The notes under the pieces: generated by a model
Told to the model about the DNA's origin: nothing
What the model saw: only the letters and a program-made list of their open reading frames with translations
Database searches by the model: none
Assembly (NCBI GenBank): GCA_965203295.1
Contig: CBDBCZ010000016.1
Location: forward strand, 96,001 to 160,000
Source: Nitrospirales bacterium
GTDB lineage: Bacteria; Nitrospirota; Nitrospiria; Nitrospirales; UBA8639
DNA: 64,000 nt
Direction: 5' to 3'
Translations under genes and position numbers: made by a program
Shown: positions 42,654-56,030 of the stretch, piece after piece
Position numbering within the stretch: position 1 is the stretch's first letter
Layout: every line of letters begins with the position of its first letter

Positions 42654-42939
42654 ACACAGAAGAGCCAATTAGTGAAGGCTCAGACCCTGTTAAATTTGTG
42701 GACTTAGCTGATTAACAGTTGTTTTAGCTAATAGTCTATAATGCTATTCACCCAATCTGACCTTTAACTATTACTTCCAAAGTATATTTCCTGGAGTTGT
42801 AAACCTCTTGTGGATTCAGCTTAAAATAATTAGTCATGGACTTGTGCTAGATTAGACTCATAATAAATTCCTAGAATCACAATTTCTTGTGTTAAATTCT
42901 TGCACAATAGTAGAATAAAGACAGTGCCTGGTATTTAGC

Positions 42940-43307
42940 TAGCCTCGTTCCCAGGCCCGCGACTTTTTCGGTTGCACGAAGGAAAGTCACAGGGCCTGGT
43001 AACTAAAGTCACGTGATCAACTTACGTCATAATACACTTCGAAAGGCGGCTGCCTTTCTCTACATTTTACCAGAGACTTTCTTTCAGCGGTAAGTCTGTG
43101 GTACAAGCGGGTTATAAAGAAAGGCTACAAGAAGTGTAGATTCGCTACCTTCACTCATTGTCTGGGAATTGTGCGTGTACTCACCCACGCTCATAATTAC
43201 CTTTCTACTACCTTTCTACTCTTGGCCTCGCGCACGTGACTTTAGATCCCAGGCCCTGTGACATCTTTCGTGTAACCGAAAATGGCGCGGGCCTGGGAAC
43301 GAAGCTA
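42940..43307. mobile_element. Academ-type MITE with a 9-bp TSD
   Basis: TIRs TAGCCTCGTTCCCAGGCCCGCG / CGCGGGCCTGGGAACGAAGCTA extend about 80 bp imperfectly. GTATTTAGC is duplicated at 42931-42939 and 43308-43316. Confidence 0.88.
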
Positions 43308-43529
43308 GTATTTAGCTACCACAAGCATGTATTGCTTTATTGGCAAGTGTGACCCCTTGCTGTGTACACCTGCAACGATATGCAGAAGTATTTGCTAGGC
43401 ACAGGCATACGTATTGATAGCTTATCACACTCAAAGGGATACTATGTACTGTTGGTGCTGAGGCATTATAATAATAATAATACTTTCTGTACTTCTTGTC
43501 ACACTGTAGGAATGACTTTGGTGTCCCAA

Positions 43530-46500
43530 TTAGTGTGAGACAACTATTTCTCCTAAATATGTAGAATATCCAGTGAAGAAAATTAACCTGAAGGAACATA
43601 TTCAGACAATAGCTACAATTCAACAGGTGAGTTTACCTATTTTTCTGTTTTTAAGGGTTGGTCTTTATACCTCTGTATTTCTATCTTCTTAAGCCTGTAT
43701 TCTATTTGACCAACTATAACTAACCAAACTAAATGAAATTTTAAATCTTGAACACATTGTAATCCTAGGCTAATGAAGCAAGTCAGAACAATGGTATCTA
43801 GTTTCTTTTGAGGAGAGTGTTAGTGTGAGACCAAGAACACTGAAATTTCGCTAATCTTACCCTATCTTCCTAAGCCTGTACTGTATTTGACCAACTAACA
43901 CCAGCCAATCTAAATGAGCTTTTAAATCTTGAACACATTCTAACCCTAGGCTAAAAAGAGAGTCAGAGAATTGGTATGTAGTTTCTTTTGATGAGAGTAT
44001 TAGTGTGAGACCAACAACTCTGAAATATTACTAATCTTACCTTATCTTTCTAAAGCCTGTATTGTATTTGACCAACTAACACCAACTAACACCAGCCAAA
44101 CTAAATAGGCTTTTAAATCTTGAACACATTCTAACCATAGGCTAATAAAGAGAGTCAGAGAAATGGTATGTAGTTTCTTTTTATGAGAGTTAGTGTGAGA
44201 CCAAGAACACTGAAATTTTGCTAATCTTTCCCTATTTTCCTAAGACTGTATTGTATTTGACCAACTAACACCAGCGAAACTAATATACATGAGCTTTTAT
44301 ATCTTGAACACATTCTAACCCTAGGCTGATAGAGTCAGAGAAATGGTATGTACAGTTTCTTTTTATGAGAGTTAGTGTGAGACCAAGAACAGTGAAATTG
44401 GACTAATCTTACTACTTATACTGGTGTGTCCAAACCCTACAATTATATTGACAACTATTTCTCCTAAATATGTAGAATATCCAGTGAAGAAAATTATCCT
44501 GAAGGAACATATTCAGACAGAAGCTACAATTCAACAGGTGAGTTTACATATTTTTATGTTTTTATGGATTGGTCTTTATACCTCTGTATTTCTATCTTCT
44601 TAAGCCTTTATTGTATTTGACCAACTAACACTAACCAAACTAAATGAACTTTTAAATCTTGAACACATTCTAACCCTAGGCTAATAAAGAAAGTCAGAGA
44701 AATTGTATGTATTTTCTTTTTATGAGAGTTAGTATGAGACCAAAAACAGTGAAATTGGACTAATCTTACTATTTATACTGGTGTGTCCAAACCCTACAAT
44801 GATATTGACAGCTATTTCTACTAAATGTTTAGAATATCCAGTGAAGAAAAATAACCTGAAGGAACATATTCAGACAGAAGCTACAATTCAACAGGTGAGT
44901 TTACCTATTTTTCTGTTTTTATGGGTTGGTCTTTATACCTCTGTATTTCTATCTTAAGCCTGTATTGTATTTGTCCAACTAAAACTAACCAAACTAGATG
45001 AGCTTTTAAATCTTGAACACAATGTAATCCTAGGCTAATGAAGAAAGTCAGAAAAATGGTAACTCGTTTCTTTTGATGAGAGTGTTAGTGTGAGATCAAG
45101 AACTCTGAAATTTTTCTAATCTTACCCTATCTTTCTAAGCCTGAATTGTATTTAACCAACTAACACCAGCCAAACTAAATGAGCTTTTAAATCTTGAACA
45201 CATTCTAACCCTAGGCTAAAAAGACAGTCAGAGAATTGGTATCTAGTTTCTTTCGATGAGAGTGTTAGTGTGAGACCAAGAACACTGAAATTTTGCTAAT
45301 CTTACCCTATCATCCTAAGCCTGTATTATATTTGCCCAACAAACACCAGCCAAACTAAATGAGCTTTTAAATCTTGAACACATTCTAACCCTAGGCTAAG
45401 TAAGCAAGTCATAAAAATGGTATCTAGTTTCTTTTGATGAGAGTGTTAGTGTGAGACCAAGAACACTAAAATTTGCTAAACTTTCCCTATCTTCCTAAGC
45501 CTGTATTGTATTTGACCAACTGACACCAGCCAAACTAAATGAGCTTTTAAATCTTGAACACATTCTAACCCTAGGCTAAAAAGAGAGTCAGAGAATTGGT
45601 ATGTAGTTTCTTTTGTTGAGAGTGTTAGTGTGAGACCAACAACTCTGAAATTGTTACCTTATCTTCCTTAAGCCTGTATTTATTTGACCAACTAACACCA
45701 GCCAAACTAAATGAGCTTTTAAATCTTGAACACATTCCAACCCTAGGCTAATAAAGAGAGTCAGAGAAATTGTATGTAGTTTCTTTTTATGAGAGTTAGT
45801 GAGAGACCAAGAACAGTGAAATTGGACTAATATTACTACTTGTACTGGTGTGTCCAAACCTACAATTATATTGACAGCTATTTCTCCTAAATATGTAGAA
45901 TATCCAGTGAAGAAAATTAACTTGAAGGAACATATTCACACAGAAGCTACAATTCAGCAGGTGAGTTTACCTATTTTTCTGTTTTTAACAGGTTGGTTTT
46001 TATCCCTCAGTATTTCTATCTTCTTAAGCCTTTATTGTATTTGACCAACTAAAACTAACCAAACTAAATGAGCTTTTAAATCTTGAACACATTCTAAACC
46101 TAGGCTAATAAAGAGAGGCAGAGAATTGGTATCTAGTTTCTTTTGTTGAGAGTGTTAGTGTGAGACCAACAAATCTGAAATTGTACTAAGCTTACCTTAT
46201 CTTCTTTAAGCCTGTATTATATTTAACCAACTAACACCAGCCAACCTAAATGAGCTTTTAAATCTAGAACACATTCTAACCCTAGGCTAATAAAGAAAGT
46301 CAGAGAAATGGTATGTAGTTTCTTTTTGTGAGAGTTAGTGAGAGACCAAGAACAGTGAAATAGAACTAATCTTACTACTTATACTGGTGTGTCCAAACCC
46401 TACAATTATATTGACAACTATTTCTCCTAAATATGTAGAATATCCAGTGAAGAAAATTAACCTGAAAAAACATATTCTGACAGAAGCTACAATTCAACAG

Positions 46501-49500
46501 GTGAGTTTACCTATTTTCTGTTTTTATAGGTTGGTCTTTATGCTTCTGTATTTTTATCTTCCTAAGCCTGTATTGTATTTGATCAACTAACACTACCCAA
46601 ACTAAGTGATCTTTTAAATCTCGAACACATTGTAATCCTAGGCTAATGAAGCTAGTCATAACAATGGTATCTAGTTTCTTTTGATGAGAGTGTTAGTGTG
46701 AGACCAACAACTCTGAAATTGTACTAAGCTTACCTTATCTTCCTTAAGCCTGTATTGTATTTGACCAACTAACACCAGTAAAACTAAATGAGCTTTTAAA
46801 TCTTGAACACATTCTAACCCTCGGCTAATAAAGAGAGTGAGAGAAATTGTATGTAGTTTCTTTTTATGAGAGTTAGTTTGAGACCAAGAACAGTGAAATT
46901 GGACTAATCTTACTACTTATACTGGTGTGTCCAAACCCTACAATTATATTGACAACTATTTCTCCTAAATATGTAGAATATCCAGTGAAGAAAATTAACC
47001 TGAAGGAACATATTCTGACAGAAGCTACAATTCAACAGGTGAGTTTACCTATAGGTTGGTCTTTACGCCTCTGTATTTCTATCTTCTTAAGCCTGCATTG
47101 TATTTGACCAACTAACACTAACCAAACTAAATGAACTTTTAAATCTTGAACACATTCTAACCCTAGTCTAATAAAGAAAGTCAGAGGAATTGTATGTAGT
47201 TTCTTTTTATGAGAGTTAGTTTGAGACCAAGAACACTGAAATTTTGCTAATCTTTTCCTATTTTCCTAAGACTGTATTGTATTTGACCAACTAACACCAG
47301 CGAAACTAATATAAATGAGTTTTTAAATCTTGAACACATTCTAACCCTAGATCTTGAACACATTCTAACCCTAGTCTAATAAAGAAAGTCAGAGGAATTG
47401 TATGTAGTTTCTTTTTATGAGAGTTTGTGTGAGACCAAGAACACTGAAATTTTTCTAATCTTTCCCTATTTTCCTAAGACTGTATTGTATTTGAACAACT
47501 AACACCAGCGAAACTTATATAAATGAGCTTTTAAATCTTGAACACGTTCTAACCCTAGGCTAATAGAGTCAGAGAAATGGTATGTATAGTTTCTTTTTAT
47601 GAGAATTAGTGTGAGACCAAGAACAGTGAAATTGGACTAATCTTACTACTTATATTGGTGTGTCCAAATCCTACAATTATATTGACAACTATTTCTCCTA
47701 AATATGTAGAATATCCAGTGAAGAAAATTATAATGAAGGAACATATTCAGAAAGAAGCTACAATTCAACAGGTGAGTTTACATATTTTTCTGTTTTTATG
47801 GATTGGTCTTTATACCTCTGTATTTCTATCTTCTTAAGCCTTTATTGTATTTGAACAACTAACACTAACCAAACTAAATGAACTTTTAAATCTTGAACAC
47901 ATTCTAACCCTAGGCTAATAAAGAAAGTCAGAGAAATTGTATGTAGTTTCTTTTTATGAGAGTTTGTGTGAGACCAAGAACACTGAAATTTTTCTAATCT
48001 TTCCCTATTTTCCTAAGACTGTATTGTATTTGAACAACTAACACCAGCGAAACTTATATAAATGAGCTTTTAAATCTTGAACACGTTCTAACCCTAGGCT
48101 AATAGAGTCAGAGAAATGGTATGTATAGTTTCTTTTTATGAGAATTAGTGTGAGACCAAGAACAGTGAAATTGGACTAATCTTACTACTTATATTGGTGT
48201 GTCCAAATCCTACAATTATATTGACAACTATTTCTCCTAAATATGTAGAATATCCAGTGAAGAAAATTATAATGAAGGAACATATTCAGAAAGAAGCTAC
48301 AATTCAACAGGTGAGTTTACATATTTTACTGTTTTTATGGATTGGTCTTTATACCTCCGTATTTCTATCTTCTTAAGCCTTTATTGTATTTGAACAACTA
48401 ACACTAACCAAACTAAATGAACTTTTAAATCTTGAACACATTCTAACCCTAGGCTAATAAAGAAAGTCAGAGAAATTGTATGTAGTTTCTTTTTAGGAGA
48501 GTTAGTTAGAGACCAAGAACAGTGAAATTGGATTAATCTTACTACTTATACTGGTGTGTCCAAACCCTACAATTATATTGACAGCTATTTCTCCTAAATT
48601 TGTAGAATATCCAGTGAAGAAAATGAACCTGAAGGAACATATTCAGACAGAAGCTACAATTCAACAGGTGAGTTTACCTATTTTTCTGTTTTTATGGGTT
48701 GGTCTTTATACCTCTGTATTTCTATCTTCTTAAGCCTGTATTGTATTTGACCAACTAACACTAACCAAACTAAATGAACTTTTAAATCTTGGACACATTC
48801 TAACCCTAGTCTAATAAAGAAAGTCAGAGAAATTGTATGTAGTTTCTTTTTATGAGAGTTAGTGTGAGACCAAGAACACTGAAATTTTGCTAATCTTTCC
48901 CTATTTTCCTAAGACTGTATTGTATTTGACTAACTAACACCAGCGAAACTAATATAAATGAGCTTTTAAATTTTGAACACATTTTAACCCTAGGCTAATA
49001 AAGTCAGAGAAATGGTATGTATAGTTTCTTTTTATGAGAATTAGTGTGAGACCAAGAACAGTGAAATTGGACTAATCTTACTACTTATACTGGTGTGTCC
49101 AAACCCTACAATTATATTGACAACTATTTCTCCTAAATATGTAGAATATCCAGTGAAGAAAATTATCCTGAAGGAACATATTCAGACAGAAGCTACAATT
49201 CAACAGGTGAGTTTACATATTTTTCTGTTTTTATGGATTGGTCTTTATACCTCTGTATTTCTAACTTCTTAAGCCTTTATTGTATTTGACCAACTAACAC
49301 TAACCAAACTAAGTGATCTTTTAAATCTTGAACACATTGTAATCCAGGCTAAGTAAGCAAGTCATAAAAATGGTATCTAGTTTCTTTTGATGAGAGTGTT
49401 AGTGTGAGACCAAGAACACTGAAATTTTGCTAAACTTTCCCTATCTTCCTAAGCCTGTATTGTATTTGACCAACTGACACCAGCCAAACTAAATGAGCTT

Positions 49501-52500
49501 TTAAATCTTGAACACATTCTAACCCTAGGCTAAAAAGAGAGTCACAGAATTGGTATGTAGTTTCTTTTGATGAGAGTGTTAGTGTGAGACCAACAACTCT
49601 GAAATTGTTACCTTATCTTCCTTAAGCCTGTATTGTATTTGACCAACTAACACCAGCCAAACTAAATGAGCTTTTAAATCTTGAACACATTCTAACCCTA
49701 GGCTAATAAAGAGAGTCAGAGAAATTGTATGTAGTTCCTTTTTATGAGAGTTAGTGAGAGACCAAGAACGGTGAAATTGGACTAATTTTACTACTTATAC
49801 TGGTGTGTCCAAACCTACAAATATATTGACAACTATTTCTCCTAAATATGTAGAATATCCAGTGAAGAAAATTATCCTGAAGGAACATATTCAGACAGAA
49901 GCTACAATTCAACAGGTGAGTTTACATATTTTTCTGTTTTTATGGATTGGTCTTTATACCTCTGTATTTCTAACTTCTTAAGCCTTTATTGTATTTGACC
50001 AACTAACACTAACCAAACTAAGTGATCTTTTAAATCTTGAACACATTGTAATCCAGGCTAAATAAGCAAGTCATAAAAATGGTATCTAGTTTCTTTTGAT
50101 GAGAGTGTTAGTGTGAGACCAAGAACACTGAAATTTTGCTAAACTTTCCCTATCTTCCTAAGCCTGTATTGTATTTGACCAACTAACACCAGCCAAACTA
50201 AATGAGCTTTTAAATCTTGAACACATTCTAACCCTAGGCTAATAAAGAGAGTCAGAGAAATTGTATGTAGTTCCTTTTTATGAGAGTTAGTGAGAGACCA
50301 AGAACGGTGAAATTGGACTAATTTTACTACTTATACTGGTGTGTCCAAACCTACAATTATATTGACAGCTATTTCTCCTAAATATGTAGAATATCCAGTG
50401 AAGAAAATTAACCTGAAGGAACATATTCATACAGAAGCTACAATTCAGCAGGTTAGTTTACCTATTTTTCTGTTTTTAACAGGTTGGTTTTTATGCCTCA
50501 GTATTTCTATCTTCTTAAGCCTTTATTGTATTTGACCAACTAAAACTAACCAAACTAAATGAGCTTTTAAATCTTGAACACATTCTAAACCTAGGCTAAT
50601 AAAGAGAGTCAGAGAATTTGTATCTAGTTTCTTTTGATGAGAGTGTTAGTGTGAGACCAACAACTCTGAAATTGTACTAAGCTTACCTTATCTTCCTTAA
50701 GCCTGTATTATATTTAACCAACTAACACCAGCCGACCTAAATGAGCTTTTAAATCTAGAACACATTTTAACCCTAGGCTAATAAAGAAAGTCAGAGAAAT
50801 GGTATGTAGTTTCTTTTTGTGAGAGTTAGTGAGAGACCAAGAACAGTGAAATAGAACTAATCTTACTACTTATACTGGTGTGTCCAAACCCTACAATTAT
50901 ATTGACAACTATTTCTCCTAAATATGTAGAATATCCCGTGAAGAAAATTATCCTGAAGGAACATATTCAGACAGAAGCTACAATTCAACAGGTGAGTTTA
51001 CCTATTTTTCTGTTTTTTATAGGTTGGTCTTTATGCCTCTGTATTTGTATCTTCCTAAGCCTGCTTTGTATTTAACCAACTAACACTAACCAAACTAAGT
51101 GATCTTTTAAATCTTGAACACATTGTAATCCTAGGCTAATGAAGCAAGTCAGAAAAATGGTATCTAGTTTCTTTTGATGAGAGTGTCAGTGTGAGACCAA
51201 GAACACTGAAATTTTGCTAAACTTTCCCTATCTTCCTAAGCCTTTATTGTATTTGAAAAACTGACACCAGCTAAACTAAATGAGCTTTTAAATCTTGAAT
51301 ACATTCTAACCCTAGGCTAACAAGTCTGACATTTCATGTCTAAAAACCAGCCGGACGCCTTTCCCGTACAATACACACAATTCAGCTTAAGCCAAGTTAC
51401 TAAACTACAGCTGTACAGCCAGAGAAACTATATTCCTAGAGCGGTACAGCGAAAGTGCTGACTCAACAGTTTCGTCATGCGCCTCCAGTTAGTAGCTATA
51501 TGCCAAGAAACCAGGATCTTCACGACTATCTACCACGTTTTCGCCATCTAGGCAACACAAAACTACCTTTATTTGCTGTAGCTTGGCCTGCAAACCTCCA
51601 AACGCTGCTGTACTGCAGTTGCATAGTAACGTAATATATTGCGCACGTGATAAGTGCGGACGCACAAACAAACAAACAAATGCGGAAAACGTAAAGCAAA
51701 CTTAGTACCAGCCGTTCGCGCGCTACGCGCGCTCCGGCTGGTAAAAAGAGAGTCAGAGAATTGGTATGTAGTTTCTTTTGACGAGAGTTAGTGAGAGACC
51801 AAGAACAGTTAAATTGAACTAATCTTACTACTTATACTGGTGTGTCCAAACCTACAATTATATTGACAACTATTTCTCCTAAATATGTAGAATATCCAGT
51901 GAATAAAATTAACCTGAAGGAACATATTCTGACAGAAGCTACAATTCAACAGGTGAGTTTACCTATTTTCTGTTTTTATAGGTTCGTCTTTATGCTTCTG
52001 TATTTTTATCTTCCTAAGCCTGTATTGTATTTGAGCAACTAACACTAACCAAACTAAGTGATCTTTTAAATCTCGAACACATTGTAATCCGAGGCTAATG
52101 AAGCAAGTCATAAAAATGGTATCTAGTTTCTTTTGATGAGAGTGTTAGTGTGAAACCAAGAACACTGAAATTTTGCTAAACTTTCCCTATCTTCCTAAGC
52201 CCGTATTGTATTTGACCAACTGACACCAGCCAAACTAAATGAGCTTTTAAATCTTGAACACATTCTAACCATAGGCTAAAAAGAGAATCAGAGAATTGGT
52301 ATGTAGTTTCTTTTGATGAGAGTGTTAGTGTGAGACCAACAACTCTGAAATTGTTACCTTATCTTCCTTAAGCCTGTATGGTATTTGACCAACTAACACC
52401 AGCCAAACTAAATGAGCTTTTAAATCTTGAACAATTTCTAACCCTAGGCTAATAAAGAGAGTCAGAGAAATTGTATGTAGTTTCTTTTTATGAGAGTTAG

Positions 52501-55427
52501 TTTGAGACCAAGAACAGTGAAATTGGACTAATTTTACTACTTATACTGGTGTGTCCAAACCTACAATTATATTGACAGCTATTTCTCCTAAATATGTAGA
52601 ATATCCAGTGCAGAAAATTAACCTGAAGGAACATATTCTGACAGAAGCCACAATTCAACAGGTGAGTTTACCTATTTTTCTGTTTTTTATAAGTTGGTCT
52701 TTATGCCTCTGTATTTCTATCTTCTTAAGCCTGTATTGTATTTGACCAACTAACACTAACCAAACTAAATGAACTTTTAAATCTTGAACACATTATAACC
52801 CTAGGCTAATAAAGAAAGTCAGAGAAATTGTATGTAGTTTCTTTTTATGAGAGTTAGTGTGAGACCAAGAACACTGAAATTTTGCTAATCTTTCCCTATT
52901 TTCCTAAGACTGTATTGTATTTTACCATCTAACACCAGCGAAACTAATATAAATGAGCTTTTAAATCTTGAACACATTCTAACCCTAGGCTAATAGAGTC
53001 AGAGAAATTGTATGTAGTTTCTTTTTATGAGAGTTAGTGAGAGACCAAGAACAGTGAAATTGGACTAATCTTACTACTTGTACTGGTGTGTCCAAACCTA
53101 CAATTATATTGACAGCTATTTCTCCTAAATATGTAGAATATCCAGTGAAGAAAGTTAACCTGAAGGAACATATTCATACAGAAGCTACAATTCAGCAGGT
53201 GAGTTTACCTATTTTTCTGTTTTTAACAGGTTGGTTTTTATGCCTCAGTATTTCTATCTTCTTAAGCCTTTATTGTATTTGACCAACTAAAACTAACCAA
53301 ACTAAATGAGCTTTTAAATCTTGAACACATTCTAAACCTAGGCTAATAAAGAGAGTCAGAGAATTGGTATCTAGTTTCTTTTGATGAGAGTGTTAGTGTG
53401 AGACCAACAACTCTGAAATTGTACTAAGCTTACCTTATCTTCCTTAAGCCTGTATTATATTTAACCAACTAACACCAGCCGACCTAAATGAGCTTTTAAA
53501 TCTTGAACACATTCTAACCCTAGGCTAATAAAGAAAGTCAGAGAAATGGTATGTAGTTTCTTTTTGTGAGAGTTAGTGAGAGACCAAGAACAGTGAAATA
53601 GAACTAATCTTACTACTTATACTGTTGTGTCCAAACCCTACAATTATATTGACAACTATTTCTCCTAAATATGTAGAATATCCAGTGAAGAAAATTAACC
53701 TGAAGGAACATATTCAGACAGAAGCTACAATTCAACAGGTGAGTTTACCTATTTTTCTGTTTTTTTCTGGTTGGTCTTTATGCCTCTGTATTTCTATCTT
53801 CTTAAGCCTTTATTGTATTTGACCAACTAACACTAACCAAACTAAATGAACTTTTAAATCTTGAACACATTGTAATCCTAGGCTAATGAAGCAAGTCAGA
53901 AAAATGGTATCTAGTTTCTTTTGATGAGAGTGTCAGTGTGAGACCAAGAACACTGAAATGTTGCTAATCTTTCCCTATCTTCCTAAGCCTGTATTGTATT
54001 TAACCAACTAACACCAGCCAAACTAAATGAGCTTTTAAATCTTGAACTCATTGTAATTTTTGGCTAATGAAGCAAGTCAGAACAATGGTATCTAGTTTCT
54101 TTCGATGAGAGTGTTAGTGTGAGACCAAGAACACTGAAATTTAGCTAATCTTACCCTATCATCCTAAGCCTGTATTATATTTGCCCAACTAACACCAGCC
54201 AAACTAAGTGAGCTTTTAAATCTTAAACACATTCTAACCCTAGGCTAAAAAGAGAGTTAGAGAATTGGTATGTAGTTTCTTTTGATGAGAGTGTTAGTGT
54301 GAGACCAACAACTCTGAAATTGTACTAAGCTTACCTTATCTTCCTTAAGCCTGTATTGTATTTGACCAATTAACACCAGCGAAACTAAATGAGCTTTTAA
54401 GTCTTGAACACATTCTAACCCTCGGCTAATAAAGAGAATCAGAGAAATTGTATGTAGTTTCTTTTTATGAGAGTTTGTTTGAGACCAAGAACAGTGAAAT
54501 TGGACTAATCTTACTACTTATACTGGTGTGTCCAAACCCTACAATTATATTGACAACTATTTCTCCTAAATATGTAGAATATCCAGTGAAGAAAATTAAC
54601 CTGAAGGAACATATTCTGACAGAAGCTACAATTCAACAGGTGAGTTTACCTATTTTTCTGTTTTTTATAAGTTGGTCTTTATGCCTCTGTATTTCTATCT
54701 TCTTAAGCCTTTATTGTATTTGACCAACTAAAACTAACCAAACTAAATGATCTTTTAAATCTTGAACACATTGTAATCCTAGGCTAATGTAGCAAGTCAG
54801 AAAAATGGTATCTAGTTTCTTTTGATGAGAGTGTTAGTGTGAGACCAAGAACTCTGAAATTTTTCTAATCTTACCCTATCTTCCTAAGCCTGTAATGTTT
54901 TTGACCAACTAACACCAGCCATACTAAATGAGCTTTTAAATCTTGAACACATTCTAACCCCAGGCTAAAAAGAGAGTCAGAGAATTGGTATGTAGTTTCT
55001 TTTGATGAGAGTTAGTGAGAGACCAAGAACAGTAAAATTGAACTAATCTTACTACTTATACTGGTGTGTCCAAACCATACAATTATATTGACAACTATTT
55101 CTCCTAAATATGTAGAATATCCAGTGAAGAAAATTAACCTGAAGGAACATATTCTGACAGAAGCTACAATTTAACAGGTGAGTTTACCTAATTTTCTGTT
55201 TTTTTTTATGGGTTGGTCTTTATGCCTCTGTATTTCTATCTTCTTAAGCCTGTATTGTAGTTGACCAACTAAAACTAACCAAACTAAAAGAGCTTTTAAA
55301 TCTTGAACACATTGTAATCCTAGGTTAATGAAACAAGTCAAAACAATGGTATCTAGTTTCTTTTGATGAGTGTTAGTGTGTGACCAAGAACACTGTAATT
55401 TTGCTAATCTTTCCCTATTTCCCTAAG
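43530..55427 (+). repeat. Composite satellite, forward arm: mix of about 180-bp short units and about 358-bp long units
   Basis: tttgaccaactaacac...aaatcttgaacacattctaaccctaggctaa recurs throughout, with an optional ~180-bp insert carrying tagaatatccagtgaagaaaattaacctg. ORF-track spacings are 537-539 bp. Confidence 0.97.
51321..51743 (-). mobile_element. Complete HINE-like element inserted in the satellite at a TT site
   Basis: Interrupts cctaggctaa|aaagagagtcag. On the minus strand: TT-ACCAGCCGGA subTIR, inverted CGGCTGGT, (TTTG)n, 3' TCCGGCTGGT, hairpin GACAT-GAA-ATGTC. Confidence 0.85.
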
Positions 55428-56022
55428 GGGATGGAATGGGTGATGCTCCAGTGAATGAGGGTCGTGATGGTGAAGCCTCAGGTGACGACAGTAGCAGATC
55501 CCCTAGTATTTACAAGGTAATATGTACTTGTAAAGTGTGATAAAAAGCTTTTTATTGTTTGCTTACCTTGTTCCCTATCCAGTGGGTCTCTTTCGAATTC
55601 TACCTCACTCATATCTAAGTCATCGTCACTACCCGGGAATATAAATTCATGATCTTCACCAACCCCTGTCAGCAGGTCACAGACCTCAGCAGCAGTGAAA
55701 TGATGTGCTGTAGAAGCCATACTACCGGTTGCCCAGCCCGCTACAAGTCCTCACTGATTGCGCGTGGCTCAAGTTTACATTAGCTAATTGGCAGGCAATA
55801 TTCATTGATCGCTCAAAAAATTCATATTGCATCATATAATTTTTTTTGGCATGGGGTAAAAGTGCAGTGATGTAGGAATGTGATTAGTACCATAGGGGAA
55901 GACCCAAGGTAAGTTTAGGCCCCGTAAGTCGGTAAGTATCTCCATGACGCATTTATGCGTCATCGGGCATTAAGGGGCAAATTACGTGATGACGCATTTT
56001 TGCGGCATTGGGATTTAAAGGT
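55428..56022 (-). mobile_element. 5' end of a piggyBac-like transposon, with the start of an intron-containing ORF (ATG at 55720)
   Basis: The minus strand begins TTAA|ACCTTTAAATCCCAATGCCGCAAAAATGCGTCAT, with a subterminal repeat CCCTTAATGCCCGATGACGCATAAATGCGTCAT. ORF MASTAHHFTAAEVCDLL...SDDDLDMSEVEFE is acidic, like piggyBac N-termini. A GTAAG...TAG intron of about 64 nt is followed in frame by DLLLSSPEASPSRPSF. Confidence 0.7.
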
Positions 56023-56030
56023 TTAATTAA

